Shown: positions 25,536 through 38,349, counted from the stretch's first letter. The stretch is 64,000 nucleotides of DNA from Sminthopsis crassicaudata (GCF_048593235.1 NC_133617.1:181248937-181312936); one strand, 5' to 3'. Program-made: numbers and translations. Notes: generated from the sequence alone by a model not told the origin.

Positions 25536-26889
25536 GGTAAAATAGGCACCAAGAGTGATAAATAGAAATAGATTTAGGAGAGAAATAGATTGTAAAAAGT
25601 ATTTTATATAAAAGTTCATTATATAAAGCAATCATAACAAGACAGATTACAAAGTTTTGCTATTTACTATGTGAGTAGCACACAATGACAGTTAGCAAGA
25701 AAAGGGGTTAACAAGGTGAAAGACAATTCTTTAATGGAACTCACAATTAACCAAGTGGGAAAAGCCATTAAAGGAAAGATTCTATGAGATGAGAGAGAGT
25801 ACCTCATAGTGGACTTAGTGCTAAGAAAGAGTTAGCAAAGATCTATACCATGAGTGGATTTTTATAGGGGAAATATAACCTTATAACATCTTAACTTGGA
25901 AAGTTTCAGGGGAGGAAGGGGAAATAAAGTTGGAAATAAGGATGTATATTGAAATGTTGGGACTGTCTTGAAGATACCAACAAGATAGTCTGGGAAATAC
26001 AGAATTTCCCATTATAGTGATTTTAAAGATGCTAACAAGGCTGTCTGGACAGTTATGGGTGCCTTACTATGATAATAAGAAAGTATGGAAAGCTAAGTTC
26101 CCATGAAACTTATTTTAATTAGACAGTTTTAGGAAAATGACCTGACCAGAGTTGACAAAGGTGTAGGATGGGATTCATATCAGTGGTAGCAGCAGCAGTA
26201 GCAGCAGCAGCAACAGTAGTAGTAATAGCTAGCATTAATCAAGTCTTCCTGACTCCAGGCTCAAAGGTCTGTTCCCTGAGCCATAGATGAACTTCCTCGA
26301 AATCATTCTTTTGGGAAAGAACTGAAGAAGTTTGGAATGTCAGATTGTCAGTCAACAAACATTCATTAATCATTCACTATATGTCAGGCATAAAAGGTCA
26401 ATTGGGGAGGATATTTCTGGGAAATAACTTTGGAAAGGAGAGAAGAGAGAACTGGGCAGAATCAGGAAGCTGCTCTTTCTGAGGTGCCTATAAAGACCTC
26501 AGATTTTTACTCAGGGAGAGTGTTAGTGATAAGGTCTTGCATATGTGTTGGACTGAGAGAAACTAAAGAATTAATCCCTGAGGCAAGCTGGGAGAAGACA
26601 CTATTAGAGATCAGTTTTAACTTCATGGTTCCACCCTCTGGGGAGATCCTCTAATCTGAAATCTAAGTTACATTAAACCCCTCTGACATCCCCTCTGCTG
26701 TTATCTTGAGTAGCCTCACCTTGCCATATTCTGCCAAAAATTCCAGTCATGACCCTGAGGTTTACTATAAAATCTACTTATGGGCCATTCCAAGACTGCT
26801 GCCTTCAGTCAACCATTCTAGATGTCTTCCTTATGCTTCTCAATTCCATTTTTCCTCCATATAGCTAGCTAATTCTTCTAGGGTGTTAA

Positions 26890-27173
26890 GTCCCTCTCAG
26901 GATTTAGCCTGCCAGTTAAGGACAACCCCCAACATCATGGGATGTTTCCTTTCTATTGGCTAATTATGAGTTCCACTGAGGAATTTGTTTTTCATATACT
27001 CTCCCACTCTATTTCATATTTATTATTCCGGTGTCTATTATATCCCTTCAATTTGTCTATAATTTATCCTCCTAAATAAATCTACATTTTGCCAAAGAGA
27101 ATAACCATTGTGAATTGTTTACATGATCAAACCTCAGCTTTTGGTGCTTATTGTCATCTGGTATCTACATCAT
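26890..27173 (+). mobile_element. Putative solo or partial LTR
   Basis: Starts tgttaag and ends ctacatca, with taaataaa poly(A)-like signal and U5-like tail; no TSD found. Confidence 0.5.
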
Positions 27174-27879
27174 TAGTACAATATAATAATTATTATTATT
27201 ATGTATTATGTACATCATTAGTACAATAGGGAGACTAGGGCTCCATGGAATACAGAGGCAGAAGAGAAAATAGTACCTTTGAATGCTCAGCATTATGCCT
27301 TATACTGGAATCTTAAGGTAGCAGATTTACTGGCACTTTTTCATGCAACATTTAAGGGTGCCAGATAATGAAAGGCAGGGGCTGTTCTATACTGGTAGTA
27401 TATAAGAGAGAGACCAGCTGAGTTTGCGTGTTGTAATACCCATTGTTTTTGTTTCTGGGGCCCACGCTCTTGTGTGTTCATGGTGAGTTTTGGGAATTAT
27501 TCATTAGTGGCCTAGAGTCTGAGGTCATGGCCTATTTCCTCTGGAAATCTCGGAGTGTTAATCGCAATTGAGGAAATGTCAGATGATGAAACCTATGGTC
27601 AGATACAGGCCAGCATTTGCTTATCTTTATTATGTTAGCTGACTTATCTCTGGATTTCCCATCTCTTAACTCACCACGCTCTCTTTAGACTCAACCCAAT
27701 TAACCTACCTCCCATTCTTAAACTCCTTAGACAATGAGCCTGAGAAACTTTCTGATGTCTCCCAAACTGAAAGTGATCTTGTCTATCTCTGAGTAGTTGC
27801 AGAGGTGTGAGCTTCTCTGATGTATGCACTTAACCTTCATTCTACTATGTTTATGTGCATACATTTCTTATCTTTCTTC

Positions 27880-28042
27880 TAATTCAGTTGTTTCCTTTCC
27901 ATTGTGTCTGATTGGGGGCAGCTAGGTGGCGCAGTGGATAGAGCACCAGCCCTGAATTCAGGAGGACCCAAGTTCAAATCTGGCCTCAGACACTTAACAC
28001 TTCCTAGCTGTGTGACCCTGGGCAAGTCACTTAACCCCAGCC

Positions 28043-28073
<31 letters not shown>

Positions 28074-28270
28074 CCATTGTGTCTGATTCTTCATGACCTT
28101 ATTTGGGATTTTCTCAATAAAGATACTGGGATGGCTTGCCATTTCCTTCATCAGCTCATTTTACAGATGAGGAAACTGAGGCAAGCTTGCCCAGTGTTAC
28201 ACAATTAGTATGTTTATGAGGTCAGATTTGAATTCAGAAAGATGAGACATTCTGACTTCAGACCAATTAC
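27880..28270 (-). mobile_element. Mar1-type SINE interrupted by WSINE1
   Basis: Tail gtgtctgattcttcatgacc..aaagatactgg and CORE flank the WSINE1. Confidence 0.8.
27914..28071 (+). mobile_element. Young WSINE1-type SINE
   Basis: ggggcagctaggtggcgcagtggatagagcacc head with CpG intact, pure A28 tail, perfect 17-bp TSD ttccattgtgtctgatt (27897-27913 and 28072-28088). Confidence 0.95.
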
Positions 28271-28569
28271 TATCTTAGCAGCTCTATTATACTAGTGTAC
28301 AAAGGACTTTTTCTAATATTTGTATTCTCAATAGACACCTCCTTCTCAATCTCCCATTAACAATATTTATAATTTTTATACTTATATTCATATATAATAT
28401 TTAGCACCAGTCACTAGGCTAAATTGGGGATAGAAAAAGGAAAAACAAGACCCTTGTCTTTCAAGAAACTCATTCTAATGGAAGAGACAATCTATATAAA
28501 AGGTTTAGTTGCAAGTCAGATAGAAAAATCTCCTTTTGGGTGAAGTGGCAAAGCAAATGATAATGCCTG

Positions 28570-28720
28570 TTATTTTGCATCATTTCCTTCAATAAGTCAT
28601 TCATTTCTGATGGCGAACTCTTTGAAGGTGCCAGGAACTTTGTTGGCAAGAACTTTTTTTTCTGGGTCTCCAGTAGTTGTGTCTATAGTTCTTACAAGAC
28701 CAATTACCAAACCGTTATTG
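28570..28720 (-). pseudogene. YBX3: Processed, decayed fragment of Y-box protein 3 cold-shock domain N-terminus
   Basis: Minus-strand translation GDPEKKVLANKVPGTFKEFAIRNE*LIEGND vs recalled human YBX3 [32 protein letters not shown] (15/22 identical over DPEKK..IRN); EKKVLA distinguishes YBX3 from YBX1 (DKKVIA) and YBX2 (DKPVLA). Confidence 0.8.
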
Positions 28721-28734
28721 GTGGTAGCAGTGGT

Positions 28735-28980
28735 CTTTTGTTCTCCAAAAAGGTCAATGACATCACAAGGACAATGTTTTGACTTGCATGTGATTTGGAT
28801 TTAAGTAAGGCACAGTTGAATAAAGTCATCAGCTTTACCTTTCTTCCAGAGTCATTGAAGTCTAGTGGTAAGGAAAAAATCAAGATGATTGGTAATGGCC
28901 CTGGATACAATGGATGACATGGATGTCATGGCCTTTCTAAATCAAGGTCATTTCCCAAGACTCAGTTTGTTTGAGACAAT
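28735..28980. mobile_element. Marsupial RTE-related SINE-like repeat (other fragments at about 10320-10380, 52765-52820, 54100-54290)
   Basis: aggtcaatgacatcac..ttgacttgcatgtgatttggatttaagt motif recurs in the window. Confidence 0.6.
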
Positions 28981-29389
28981 GCCCTTTCCAAGGGCTAGGA
29001 AAGAATTCGACTGCATACCTCTCCACAGTGGTTACTTCCCAAAATGATGACTATGGGCAGTTGCCTGGAAGCTGCCTCCACTAGACTCTAGGAAGAGATG
29101 AGGAGGATAAAACTATTTAGGGATTTATTCAATGCCAGAATTATACTCTCAGCAGTAGGGCAATAAAGACTCAGAATAACCTAAAAATAAATGAATGGAA
29201 GTAGAGCCTCTTTCTGGGGAAATGAAGCAAATAGGAAGAGCCAGATCCTACCATTCAATTAATCAATTAATCAACAGACTTATATGAAGCATGCAGTATT
29301 TTCCAAGCACTGTTTTAGACATTGGGGACACAAATACAATGAATGAGGTAAACCTTACTCAAAAGCAGTTTATGATCAAAGAGATCATA

Positions 29390-30045
29390 AAAAAGGAAAA
29401 AAGAACCCACAAGTGTAAAAATGTTTGTAGCCGCCCTTTTTGTAGTGGCAAGAAACTGGAAACTGAGTGGATCAATTGAAGAATGCCTGAAAAAGTTATT
29501 GTATATGAATGTAATGGAATATTATTGTTCTATAAGAAATGATCAGCAGTATGATTTTAGAATGGCCTAGAGAGACTTACATGAACTGATGCTGAGTGAA
29601 GTGAGTAGAACCAAGAGAACATTGTACACAGCCATAAGAAGATTAAATGATGATCAATTCTGATGAATATGGCTCTTTTCAACAGTGAGGTGATTCAGGC
29701 CAATTCCAATAGACTTGTGATGGAAAGAGCCATCTGCATCTAAAGAAAGAACTATGGAGACTGGCTGTGAATCAAAACAGTATTTTCACTTCTTTTGTTG
29801 TTTGCTTGTTTGTTTTTTTTAACATTTTTCCTTTCACTTTTTGATTTGATTTTTCTTGTGAAGCATGATGAACATGGAAGTATGTTTAGAAGATTTACAC
29901 ATATTTAACCTATATTGAATTGCTAGTTGTCTATGGGAGAGAGTGGAGGGAAAGGGAGAGAAAAATTTGGAATGCAAGGTTTTGCAAAGATGAATATTGA
30001 AATTTATATTTACATATATTTGGAAAAAATTTTAAACTGTTTAAA
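29390..30045 (+). mobile_element. L1 3' end (ORF2 C-terminus + 3' UTR)
   Basis: atgtttgtagccgccctttttgtagtggcaagaaactgg (MFVAALFVVARNW), then 3' UTR. Confidence 0.85.
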
Positions 30046-31713
30046 AAAGAAAAACATCTCATTTGATCTTCACAAAAACACTGTGAGGTGGGGGCTATTA
30101 TTATATTCCCATTTTGCTTTTTAGGAAACTGAAGCAAACAGAATGAAGTGATTTTCCCAGACTCATATAGTAATTGAGGTTAAACATTTATTTGAATTCA
30201 AGTCTTTCTGATTCCAGTCTTAGTACTCTATCTATTGAGCCAACAATTCTTTTAGGGGGGATGGAAGAAAAAAGAAAAAACCCGGTGGTTCCCATTCTTT
30301 TGTGTCAAGTTAGGTGGCAATGCTCTGGAGTCTGGAGAGAATAGCAAAAAGGCAGAAGGTCAAGCCCAGTGGGTCAGAGGAAAGACAAATGGGTAGGGGA
30401 AACTTCATCCTTTTTTTTTTTTTTAAATACAGATTAATCCTACCACCCTGGGATTCTAGGAATGGATTTCTTCCTCATCTCTGTCTCTAAGAATCTCCAC
30501 TTTCTACCAAAATCTAGTTCATGTCCCATCTCCTCCGAGCTCAGCTGCTGGAAAACTAGCAGATAGCAGCTCTGAAATCAGAGCTGCCAGTCTCTAGTTT
30601 CAAATTATCATGCATTTATTCTGGACGTATTATATCTAGTTAATATGTACATGTCATCTCTTCCTATATAGCGTTAAAGCCCATGTCTGGGATTGTTTCA
30701 TTTTTTTCTTTGTATTTCTAGAGCCCAGCCTATATTTATGCATGAATGCTTAATTATTTAATTAAAGACATATTTAATGTGTGTAAGGTATATGTACATT
30801 ATAATATATATAACATGTACTATATATTTTAATATATAACCGCTGCATATACAACATATACTCTCAATAAGTGAATTAATGCCGATTGATAGTGAATCTT
30901 TATTGGTAGAATATATAGTGAAAAAGTTTATCATCTGCTCCCTGGATTCTGCTGAGATATCACAAAAAAGACAACTTTTTAGTTTGAACCAGAACGTGCT
31001 TTTTTTTTTTTTTGTATTTCCTCTAAACTTGGAGTTTGCTTTCTATCAATAATTATATGAGAAGAGTGATTGATAGGGTTTTCATATTTAATAGGTAGGA
31101 ATAACAGAACAGTCAGAAGTCAGGAAATTCCACAGCTGTGGACTTCCTATGGTGATGTGAAGTCAACTATGTGGCTATATCCTGTAGGTGTGAATTTATT
31201 TATATGTATGTATAAAATATTTATTAATTTCTGCAATATGTTAAGGAGCTATGATTTCTTTGGCGTACATTCTGGCTCTTCTTTGCTTTAGCACATGATC
31301 TTGGGAATTGCTATTTGTAGAAATTCGTCACCCCGAGATTAGCAAGGCAAGTTCTCTGATGACAGATTTACTGCCCATTACCGGTCCCATATCAAGGCCT
31401 TTCAACATGGTAGGGCCTGCTAGAGTTTATTATATTCAGTTGGCTTAGCTTTTGGAGAATTTGGTTTTTTCAATGATAAGGCATCAAAATAGGCCCCCTG
31501 TGTAGGAAGAGACTTATTTAACACATTTTTAATTTATGTGATATGCATCCCCACACACACATATACTATTTATTAATACAATAATCTTAATGCTGAGTGA
31601 GGCAATAAGGGGGTAGTGAAAGAACATTGACCTGGGAATGAGGATATGAGCTCTGCCATATCTCTGTCATTATTATTATTATTACAAGTAATAAAAATCA
31701 GTAAGATTTATAC

Positions 31714-31717
<4 letters not shown>

Positions 31718-31781
<64 letters not shown>
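31718..31781. repeat. (TA)32 microsatellite
   Basis: Uninterrupted TA run. Confidence 0.95.
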
Positions 31782-31785
<4 letters not shown>

Positions 31786-31999
31786 TTGCAAAGTATACTC
31801 CATATGTTACCTCCTTTCATCTTCCCAACAATCTTGTGAGGTAGGTGCTATTATTGTCCTTTCCATTTATTTTACAGATGGCTAAACTGAGGTTGATGAG
31901 ATTAAGAGACAAGATCACATAGAAAATGCTGAGGCAGAAATCAATTCTTCCTGTCTCCAAATATAACTTTTCATCAAACTGGGTCACTTATGTAGTAGT

Positions 32000-33100
32000 T
32001 GCTGTTGTTGAGTCTGTTAGTCATGTCTAATTTCATCTGATCCCATTTGGAATTTTCTTGCAAAGATATTAGAGGACTTTGCCTTTTCCTTTTCCAGCTC
32101 ATTTTATATTCGAGGAACTGAGGCAAACAGGATTAAGTGACTTGTTCAGGGTAACATGGCTAGTAAGTATTGGAAGCCAATTTGACCTCAGGAAGATGAG
32201 ACACTTCCTGAATCCAGGACCAGTCCTCTATCACTTTATACCTAGCTGCTCTGTTAAGTAGCTAGCTGTATGACGTTAGCCTAAATAACTACTGCAGGTC
32301 TCAGTTTCTTCATCAATAAAATAAGGGGATTGGACTCAGTGGCCTTTGAGGCTTTTGCCAGTCCTAAGGTTCTCTAGTTCCAGGAGGTAGTTCTTAATTT
32401 ACTGTCCATCATTGCATCAGCTTTGATTAATTTAGGCTGAAAAACAAATAAAGAAAAAAAAAACTTATACCACCTTCTTTATGTGTTTTCACACCAATAA
32501 TTTAAATGGTTTCTGCCTTCTAAAAAACAATAGATTTTTAGCTTAGTTTATCAATAAATTTTTTTTCTGAGGGTGGGAAAGTAATTAAAGGTAATGTGTT
32601 TTATGGGAAGTGAAGCTAAGGAATGGAGGACATATACCTAAGAACTTTCCCTCCAGGAGGAACTTGGGATTCCCCATTCTCTCTTCAAAGGTCTAGTGGG
32701 GTTCTCTGGTTCCATGTATGTAATTCTTTACTCTGAACTTTCATTCTTCACACATTTCTTTATGTGGGTAATAATTCTTTATGTCCCTAGCTCCTTTGGA
32801 CTATTGAGGCCATGTTGCTTTTTGTTATGACTTTTTGAAACAGATCTGAGTACCAGATTTTTAAAGTGGACAGAGGGCTAGCCTGGTATTTTTGATTTGA
32901 GGTCACTTTTGCCTCTAATACCTTGTTGTTGTTATAGTTTAGACTGTTAATCATGTCTAATGCTTTGTGACCTCATTTGGAGTTTTGACAAATATTCTGG
33001 AGGGGTTTGTCATTATCTTCTCCAGCTCATTTTACAGATGAGGAAACTGAGGCAAACAGGGTTAAATGACTTGCCTAGAGTCACATTACTAGTCTCCAGG
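32000..33100 (-). mobile_element. Two Mar1-type SINEs (about 32000-32250 and 32930-33100)
   Basis: RTE-like tail plus CORE cagctcattttacagatgaggaaactgaggc. Confidence 0.75.
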
Positions 33101-34390
33101 CCTGGAGATCTATTTACTAAGCTAATATATCCCAAACTTAATCTCTGAGCCTCAGTGAGACTGTGAATTTTTACAAGGAGTTGTGAATACATAGTGGAGG
33201 GGTTTTTCAGCCCTGGAAGTCCCCCAGGCAGTTCTCCAACACTATTTTACAGAGTGTGTGAATATACAACAGAGAGAGTTTTCTGCACTAGGAGTTCCCC
33301 ACATTTCACGAAACCAAACCATATTGAAATGAAGAACTATGTAAGTGATCTATAAAAAATCTATACTTGCATCAGAAGCAGATCAAAGCCTTATGCATGT
33401 AATTAACTTGAAATTATGTTGACTATTTCACAAAGAAATGATGGATTTGAATATAGGAAAAGTTGATTGAACCACCATATATGGTGTTTTTTGAGAAGAT
33501 GAGGAAGAACTGGAAGAATATAGGTGATGAACCTTACAGAAGGTAAATGAACTTTAAACTAAAATGAACTTTATTTGGCTGAAACTTTGACTAGATTAAT
33601 ATTTGATATACAGATTTCTTCATAGGCATCTATTCATATGGAAATAGTAGATATTCCCTTTCTTTTCAATATTAAATATATACACCTGTATAAACTAACA
33701 CATGAAATTTAAGCTAACAGCAGCAAGTTAATGTATGTCCTTATGCGTTAAACCTACTGGCAATGGAAATTCTTTGGAGAAAAATTGCTGTAGGTTTGGA
33801 GTCTTCTTAATGTACTACAGATTTCATGCTTTTGTTTTTGTTTCAGGAGCTCTAATAGCATGGTGGGCAAGAACCAATTTCAACTAATATTTGATCTCAC
33901 TCAGAGGTGCTATTGTCATGGCTGAGAGACTTGGTTGTTATACAGCTATTGGCAGGTGTCGGGTTTCTCACAGTTTTACAGCTGTATTTTCTGTTCCCTG
34001 GGACTCCTGTGACGTTTATATAGTTCACTCTGTTGGACTCATGGGAAGTTCGTAAACATAACTTTCAGGAATAAGGTTTCTGATATCAGCTGCATATATT
34101 GTGTCCAGATGTGTTTGCAAGGCAAGGTAAAGATGTAATCTTTAACAGATATGCCTCTTTTACTCATTGAACCTGTTGAAGGGCATAAATAAAACTTCTG
34201 ACTTTGTATTTGACTTTGAATAAATCATTCTATTTGTATTTCTTCAGTTTTTCTTCTTAGGGAAATGAGGCTGAAAGTCTTACTGATAGTACCAAGGGTA
34301 GGACAGGAAATCACAATGTCAGTAGTAGCCATCTTTTTATGTGAAAACTTCTATTTCTATATGTATATAGATTTAAAAATATACTTGCCA

Positions 34391-34951
34391 CAATTGGAGA
34401 ATGGCTGAATAAATTGTGGTATATGAATATTATGAAATATTATTGTTCTGTAAGAAATGACCAACAGGATGATTTCAGAAAGGCCTGCAGAGACTTAAAA
34501 GAACTGATGCTGAGTGAAATGAGCAGGACCAGGAGATCATTATATACTTCAACAACAATACTGTATGATGATCAATTCTGATGGGCGTGGCCCTCTTCAA
34601 CAATGAGATGAACCAAATCAGTCCCAATAGAGCAGTAATGAACTGAACCAGCTACACCCAGAGAAAGAACATTTTTGTCCACCTGCATTTTTGATTTCCT
34701 TCACAGGCTGATTGTACACTATTTCAAAGTCTGATTCTTTTTGTACAGCAAAATAACTGTTTGGACATGTATACATACATTGTATTTAACTTATACTTTA
34801 ACATATTTAACATGTATTGGTCAACCTGCCATCTGGGGGAAGGGGTGGGGGGAAGGAGGGGAAAAGTTGGAACAAAAGGTTTGGCAATTGTCAATGCTGA
34901 AAAATTACCCATCCATATATCTTGTAAGTAAAAAGCTATAATAAAAAAATT
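34391..34951 (+). mobile_element. 5'-truncated L1
   Basis: Perfect 15-bp TSD aaaatatacttgcca (34376-34390 and 34952-34966), TT/AAAA-like target. Confidence 0.95.
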
Positions 34952-35236
34952 AAAATATACTTGCCAGATGAATTATATGATATGTATAATATTGTATAAT
35001 ATAATAATTTATATATAATACTGTATAAAATAATAATAACTGATTATTATGTATGATACTGTATAATATAATAATAATTTAACCCATGAGCTGCTTGGAA
35101 ATTCTTGAGTGAGAAGGTCAGTTTAAATTACATATCCATTCCTAGTCTTTCACCTGGAATTCCTCCAATCTAAACGAGTCAGTGACTTAAACAAGAAAAA
35201 ATAGAGACTTAACATCTCTTTCAAGAAGCTCTTCTA

Positions 35237-36090
35237 GGGGCAGTTAGATGGTGCAATGGCAAAATTACCAGCCTTGAAATTAGGAGGACCTGAGTTCAAA
35301 ATATGACTTAAAATGTTTATCTGTATGAGTTTGGGCATGTCACTTAACCCCAACTGCCATACAATGTCACCTCCCCCAAAGAAAAACAAAAATAAAAACC
35401 AAGAAGCCATTCTAGAGCAACTCTGTCAACTGTTAATTTTCCTTGTTCCAGATCTCCTAAAAGGAACAATTTGGCCTTAAAAAGCTGTATTCAGATAGTA
35501 TATTTCTAAATAGAGAGGTAGTATACATATACTTAGAAAGGACCCTGTAAATTAGTTCTTCACTAAAGGATACTTCTTTCATGTACCTTCTCGTCACTCT
35601 CTAGTTTTGTTAACTTTAGAAATTAAAATTTTTATAAATTTAGTTTTCACAAAGTGACATATACCTATATATTTTAGTTTGTAATCATAATTTTATTATA
35701 ATGGTTATTGCTTTCTTTTCAGGGTGTCTCTCTCTTTTTTTGTCTTTCAGATAAGACTATAAAGTTTTTTTTCCTGCTTTCTATTTCTTTTGGCCTTTGT
35801 GCCTTATACTGAAGGCATTGAATACATTCTTGATCTCTGGCTACAAATTTGTATAGTTCATGAAGCTGAGAGTCAGGAATATCTGAGTTCAAATCTAGTC
35901 TTAGGCACTTACAAGCTCTGTGACTCTGAGCAAGTAGTCCCTTAATCTCTGTTAGCCTCAGTTTCCTTATCAGTAAAATGGAGATAATAGCACCTCAGAG
36001 GAGTTGTAAGAATCAAATAAGATAATAATTGTAAATTATTTAGTACAGTGACTAGCACAGAGTAAGTGCTATATAAATGTTAGCTATTAT
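35237..36090 (+). mobile_element. Two CORE-SINEs (about 35237-35400 and 35860-36090)
   Basis: ggggcagttagatggtgc head, gagttcaaa B-box and CORE. Confidence 0.7.
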
Positions 36091-36099
36091 TTTACTTTT

Positions 36100-36690
36100 T
36101 TTAAAGATCAGAATTGAAAGTTTATTTGAAAATAACTTTTACTTTTATTTTAAATTTTCAATACTATTTTTCCAAATGTAAGTAAATGCCATTTTCAACA
36201 TTCATTTTCGTGAAACTTTGTGTTCCAAATTTTTTTCCATCTCTCATTTACATCCTATGTGGAATTCTTTAAAACATGTTTCCATATTTGCTATGTTGTG
36301 TAAAAAAAAAAAAAAAATCAAATCAAAAAAGAGAAAAGGAAAAAAACAAACAAGCAAACAAAAGGTGAAAATACTGCGCTTTGATCTACATTAAGTTTCC
36401 CTACTTCTTTCTCTGGGTGTGGATGGCACTTTTTATCATAAGTCTATTGGAATTGCCTTTAATCACCACATTATTGAAAAAAGCCAAGTCCATCACAGTC
36501 GATCATCACACAATCTTCTTGTTACTGTGTATAATGTTGTCTTGGTTCTGCTCACTTCCCTCAGCAGTTCATGTAAGTTTTTTCAAGTTTTTCTGAAATC
36601 AGCCTTTTCATCATAGAACAATAATATCACATTACATTCATGTACCATAACTTATTCAGCCATTCCTCACTAATGGGCATCCACTCAAAA
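36100..36690 (-). mobile_element. L1 3' end
   Basis: Antisense 3' UTR and ORF2 end (atagaacaataatatcacatt...gggcatccactc). Confidence 0.85.
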
Positions 36691-37448
36691 GGTAACATTT
36701 AAGTACTTGGGTAAAACCTACTAATTTAGCAAGGATTAGGATGAGTTGCCTTGAATAAAGAATGCTAGAATTTATAATGGCATTAGAAATTTTGAAAACT
36801 GTTTTAAAAGACAATGTCCAGGAAAAAAAAAAAAAGAAAGAAAAAAGACAATGTTCAAAATGGACTCCATTATTGGGGCAGCTAGTTCAATGGAAAGAGT
36901 GCTAGACTTTGAATCAGCAAGATCTGAGTTCAAATCCAGGCTCAGACACTTATTAACCATTAACTTATTAACTTGGACAAGTCATTTGACCCATTTTCCC
37001 TACTATTTACAAACTCATTTCTCCACCATCATAAAAAAATATTCACTGGATCCATACCTCCTGAGTTAACATCTCATCTCTCCTCCCTTTTGTGGCTAAA
37101 TTCCTTGAGATTATCTACAATTTATGCCTCTGATTCCTTTATTATCATCATTGCCTTTTTAACTCTCTGAAGTCTGGTTTCCAATCTCATTATTCAACTG
37201 AAAAACTCTTATTTAAAGTTGCCAGTGATATCCTAATTGTCATATTTTAAGGCCGCCTTAATCCTCAACTTTCTCTATCTTTCTGCAGCCTTTGATGTTG
37301 TCTATACCCTTCATTTTCTTTATACTTTGATTTCTCTAGAGTTTTCTCCAATGAGATTCTAAGGGAATAAACTATGCTTTTGATTGACTTCCCTGCTTTG
37401 TGGTTGGCATTGAGGGTACTCTTAGGGGTCAAAGAGTTCTTCATACAA

Positions 37449-37682
37449 TGGAGGTCAGCAAACTATAGCCGAAGCCGCTTTTTTAAACTTTTTAAAACAA
37501 GTTTTATAAACTTGTGAGCTAAGAATAGTTTTACACCTATGAGCTAAGAATAGTTTTTGCATTTTTAAAAATACAATAAAACTATTTTAAAATATTAAAA
37601 AAAAACATTCTTAGCTCTAGGATTGTACAAAAACAGGCGGCAGGCAGGATTGTCCCTGGGACCATAGTTTGTTGAACCTCTG
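37449..37682. mobile_element. MER58-like hAT (Charlie) MITE
   Basis: TIRs gaggtcagcaaactatag / catagtttgttgaacctctg; internal gagctaagaatagtttt motif duplicated. Confidence 0.75.
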
Positions 37683-37685
37683 TTC

Positions 37686-37822
37686 CCCCTGAGGCTGGGG
37701 TTAAGTGACTTGCCCAGGGTCAACACATCTAGGGAGTGTTAAGTGTCTGAGACCAAATTTGAACTCGGGTCTCCTCCTGAATTCAGGGCTGGTGCTCTAT
37801 TCACTGCGCCACCTAGCTGGCC
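37686..37822 (-). mobile_element. WSINE1-type SINE without visible poly(A) tail
   Basis: Antisense gaggctggggttaagtgacttgcccagggtc...cactgcgccacctagctg. Confidence 0.9.
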
Positions 37823-38349
37823 GATATTTAATATCAAAATGACCACTAAGCACTTTGGGAGGTGAACTATTATTATATATATGGACTATTGGTTTTTTTT
37901 TTTTTTTTGCTTGTTGATGATTTTATTGGTCTAAAATCATACCTTTTTGTAGTTTATTGGCTTCTCTTCCATATTGAACTATGCTAACCACAATATAATT
38001 AAATGCTAATGATACCCAGATTTGGAGGTAGAAAAAGTTGTAGGAGGACTAGTAAATACTTTTAGAACATCCTCCCTTTCTGATGGTCATAAGACTTTGA
38101 GGAAATAAAACAAAAAACATTCAATCATCAAGTATTGATTGAATTTTGACTATATTCTTCTATATATTAGGGGCTATCTTGTGTGCTCAATCAATCATTA
38201 AGCTCTGTAGAGTTATTTGAAATATTTCAATCTATCCTTGTTTATCTCAGTGCCACTGTCTTAAACCAAGCTTTTATTATTTCACACTGGTGATACAAGT
38301 ATAGCTACAATAGTTTTTCTGTCTTTCTTTAGTCTCTCCTTTCTCTGAT

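Larger units (their letters stand above)
28340..29085 (-). mobile_element. Composite retroposon copy A: YBX3 mRNA fragment + linker + L2 3' tail, interrupted by another SINE at about 28735-28980
   Basis: L2-type tail at about 28340-28490; linker gcaagtcagat..gataatgcct shared with copy B; homology to copy B resumes at about 29000-29080. Confidence 0.75.

Noticed and set aside
28610-28804. ORF-track entry MANSLKVPGTLLARTFF...
   Set aside because: It is the antisense reading of the YBX3 relic running into a SINE, not a gene.
33473-33486. CArG box CCATATATGG within a 14-bp palindrome
   Set aside because: Several CC(A/T)6GG matches are expected by chance in an AT-rich 64 kb; no supporting cluster.
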